A DNA stretch of 8,927 nt. It comes from Clostridiales bacterium (GTDB taxonomy: Bacteria > Bacillota > Clostridia > TANB77 > CAG-508). The notes beneath the pieces are model-generated. The model saw only the letters and a list, made by a program, of their open reading frames with translations, was not told where the DNA came from and made no database searches. Every line of letters starts with the position of its first letter. The first letter of the stretch is position 1. The position numbers and the translations under genes were made by a program. The stretch is from the NCBI GenBank assembly GCA_003507395.1, contig DNVW01000012.1, positions 163,211-172,137 of the forward strand. The letters are read 5' to 3'. Of the stretch, positions 7,353 through 8,927 are shown one piece after another.

Positions 7353-7908
7353 TATTAAAACACTCCTCCATAAATTTAGTCAATTTGCGTTCTATAATCT
7401 TAGGCAATTGTGATTCTAATTCTTTTTCTGATATAGTAAGCATAAAGTGTCCATTTACCCAGGCAGATTTTAATTTCTTGCCCAAAGCGGGAACAAATCT
7501 TCCAGGTTCTTGCCTATGTCCAAATTCAACATAAGATGAATATTCTACTGGATTTTTCACAATTATAATATAATTATTGCCAAGTCTGAGTATCTTTAAA
7601 GAGTCTGCATATTCCTTTGCATTTGGTACTTTTCCTCCCTCAGCTTCTTCTTGTGTTTTTGCTGTCCATCCTCTCCTTAATGTTCCTCCATTTTTTATTT
7701 TATAAGTTCTATAGCTACCATCCTTTTTTATTACTTCAAAGGTTCCTTCTCCTACAGGTGTCCTTTTAATGACTTTCGCTAATAAACGAGCAGCCAACTC
7801 TCGAGAAACATCTTCACAAAATTTTTGCACATCGAATTTTGACATTTTTTCTATTTTTTTTGCCAACTCTTCTAGTTGTTTAAAATCACAACTTCCCCAT
7901 CTAGCCAT
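7342..7908 (-). CDS. HK97 gp10-family neck/tail-completion protein (XkdI/YqbI-like)
   Basis: The ORF track starts at a GTG (7917). I prefer ATG 7908-7906, preceded by AAGGGGTGGG and forming a TAATG stop/start overlap with the upstream gene. Motifs ELAARLLAKVIKRTPVGEGT...LRRGW...YSSYVEFGH are typical of the HK97 gp10 family. Confidence 0.8.
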   Translation of the reverse strand: MARWGSCDFKQLEELAKKIEKMSKFDVQKFCEDVSRELAARLLAKVIKRTPVGEGTFEVIKKDGSYRTYKIKNGGTLRRGWTAKTQEEAEGGKVPNAKEYADSLKILRLGNNYIIIVKNPVEYSSYVEFGHRQEPGRFVPALGKKLKSAWVNGHFMLTISEKELESQLPKIIERKLTKFMEECFNNGY

Positions 7909-8279
7909 TATGCCCACCCCTTAAATTTTTCTAACATAATTTCTTGGTGTGTGTCATATACTGCTGGTTCTCCACTATTTTTATATTCGGTAGTTCTATT
8001 TTTTTGAGTTACAATTATCTTAGAGCCAGGTTTTATATTTAATTCTGGAGCAATAAACAATTTGACCTTTGTAATAACATTAGATTGATTTTCGGTTTCA
8101 TTATTTGCATTAATATCCTCAAAAGATAGCTTACATGGTTGCTTTTCTAGTACAGTCTCTTCTTTAAAATTAGTTCTATTATTTTTTGGATTCGTATTTG
8201 ATTTATATTCAATAATATCACATTTGCCATCATATAATTTTTCAATTGCCTGTCTAGCAATATTTAAATACGGATTCAT
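7908..8279 (-). CDS. Head closure / head-tail adaptor protein (YqbH-like)
   Basis: 123-aa ORF with RBS GAGGTGG then TAGT then ATG, starting 1 nt after the upstream TAG. The pattern PCKLS...KLFIAPE..IKPGSKI.VT....YKNSGEP.VYDTHQEI near the C-terminus resembles the YqbH/DUF3599 head-closure family. The position fits PBSX-like synteny. Confidence 0.6.
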   Translation of the reverse strand: MNPYLNIARQAIEKLYDGKCDIIEYKSNTNPKNNRTNFKEETVLEKQPCKLSFEDINANNETENQSNVITKVKLFIAPELNIKPGSKIIVTQKNRTTEYKNSGEPAVYDTHQEIMLEKFKGWA

Positions 8280-8280
8280 A

Positions 8281-8757
8281 CTACCACCTCATCTTTCGAT
8301 GTCTGTATAAATCTTTTTTATATTTTTCTACTAAAACATCTTCTGAGAACTCTAATGTTCCTGTATTATATATTATTCCATTTATATTTACTGATGTTGC
8401 ATCTGCAAAATCTACAGTTGTATCTCCCTCTTGTATGCTTTTAACTTTCATATTCATATCACTTGAGGAATTTACATCTATATTTTTAACAAACTGATTA
8501 TCATATCCATTTAAATACCAATAATCTTTTGTCATTCTAATCCATGTAGTATATAAGCTTTTTGGTATAGAAGAAAGATGTGTTGTATCTAAAATAATAC
8601 ACATTGTATCACTTATTGAATATAATAACTGTTCTTTTGCAGCATTTCTTTTTGTCTCATCTTGAATGTTTGTTATTTTTAATTCATTTTGTAAACGCTC
8701 TACAAACAATCCCATATTTATTTCTGTTCGGCTTTTTATTTCATTAAGAATATTCAT
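8281..8757 (-). CDS. Head-tail connector protein (gp6/YqbG-like position and size)
   Basis: 158-aa ORF with RBS GAGTAGGTGAT 4 nt before the ATG. It is the first of the head-tail joining genes, in the YqbG/XkdH-block position. The functional call rests mainly on synteny and size, and sequence recognition is weak. Confidence 0.5.
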   Translation of the reverse strand: MNILNEIKSRTEINMGLFVERLQNELKITNIQDETKRNAAKEQLLYSISDTMCIILDTTHLSSIPKSLYTTWIRMTKDYWYLNGYDNQFVKNIDVNSSSDMNMKVKSIQEGDTTVDFADATSVNINGIIYNTGTLEFSEDVLVEKYKKDLYRHRKMRW

Positions 8758-8765
8758 ATAATCAC

Positions 8766-8927
8766 CTACTCATTTTCTGGATTTTCTTTTTCTACCTCAG
8801 TATCTTCTATTTCTTTAATTTTTGCAATTAGTGTTTCTTTTTTCATATTGTGAACATTTTTTATACCTAGTCCTTTTGCTTTTTCTTTTAATGCTTCTAA
8901 TTCTTCGCCGGTATTATCGCCGGTATT
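8766..8927 (-). CDS. C-terminal fragment of a head-module protein with a Rho-N/SAP-like helix-extended-helix motif (5' end outside window)
   Basis: The minus-strand frame is open to the window edge. It translates as NTGDNTGEELEALKEKAKGLGIKNVHNMKKETLIAKIKEIEDTEVEKENPENE and ends at TAG 8766-8768. The EELEALKEKAKGLGIKN..MKKETLIAKI segment resembles the Rho termination factor N-terminal type motif often seen on small Firmicute phage head proteins. It lies directly upstream of the connector gene, whose RBS (GGTGA) overlaps its stop. Confidence 0.5.
   Translation of the reverse strand, partial: NTGDNTGEELEALKEKAKGLGIKNVHNMKKETLIAKIKEIEDTEVEKENPENE

Noticed and set aside
1-8927. Interpretation as a headless R-type tailocin/diffocin-like bacteriocin or other contractile injection system.
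   Set aside because: The tail genes are directly preceded in the same operon by head-tail connector, head-closure and HK97 gp10-type genes and by a head-module fragment. This points to a DNA-packaging phage or a PBSX-like particle. No effector, toxin or AAA+ ATPase cargo genes are visible. Only the wider locus can settle this.
1-8927. Search for tRNA or ncRNA genes, CRISPR repeats, inverted terminal repeats, integrase or transposase genes, att-like repeats, and defence or anti-defence cargo.
   Set aside because: Nothing was found. The coding density of the single minus-strand operon leaves only about 10-50-nt junctions occupied by RBSs. No spaced direct repeats or cloverleaf-capable segments were noticed by eye.

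Overview
The window is strongly AT-rich and has Firmicute-type GGAGG ribosome-binding sites, consistent with a Clostridium-like host. It is filled by one tightly packed, co-directional (minus-strand) late operon of a contractile-tailed (myovirus-type) prophage or phage. Read in the direction of transcription (high to low coordinates), the genes are: the C-terminal end of a head-module protein; three head-tail joining genes (YqbG-like connector, YqbH-like head closure, HK97 gp10-like); a putative tail terminator; a small unknown ORF; tail sheath; tail tube; an XkdN-like tail assembly chaperone with a -1 frameshift extension; a 720-aa tape measure protein; a LysM XkdP-like protein; an XkdQ-like baseplate hub protein; and the start of an XkdR-like (DUF2577) gene. 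This order matches the Bacillus PBSX/skin xkdH-xkdR (yqbG-yqbR) layout. Several ORF-track starts are TTG/GTG extensions, and I moved them to the ATG that has a proper RBS. I see no tRNA, CRISPR array, transposase, defence or toxin cargo. I do not see a convincing novel system: this is an ordinary structural module. Two observations deserve a second look. First, an in-frame TAA interrupts the XkdR-like gene at 300-302. Second, there is a well-supported programmed -1 frameshift cassette (A AAA AAC, an 8-nt spacer, then a hairpin) between the chaperone and tape measure genes. All functional calls rest on my recognition of protein motifs and on synteny. No database search was run.
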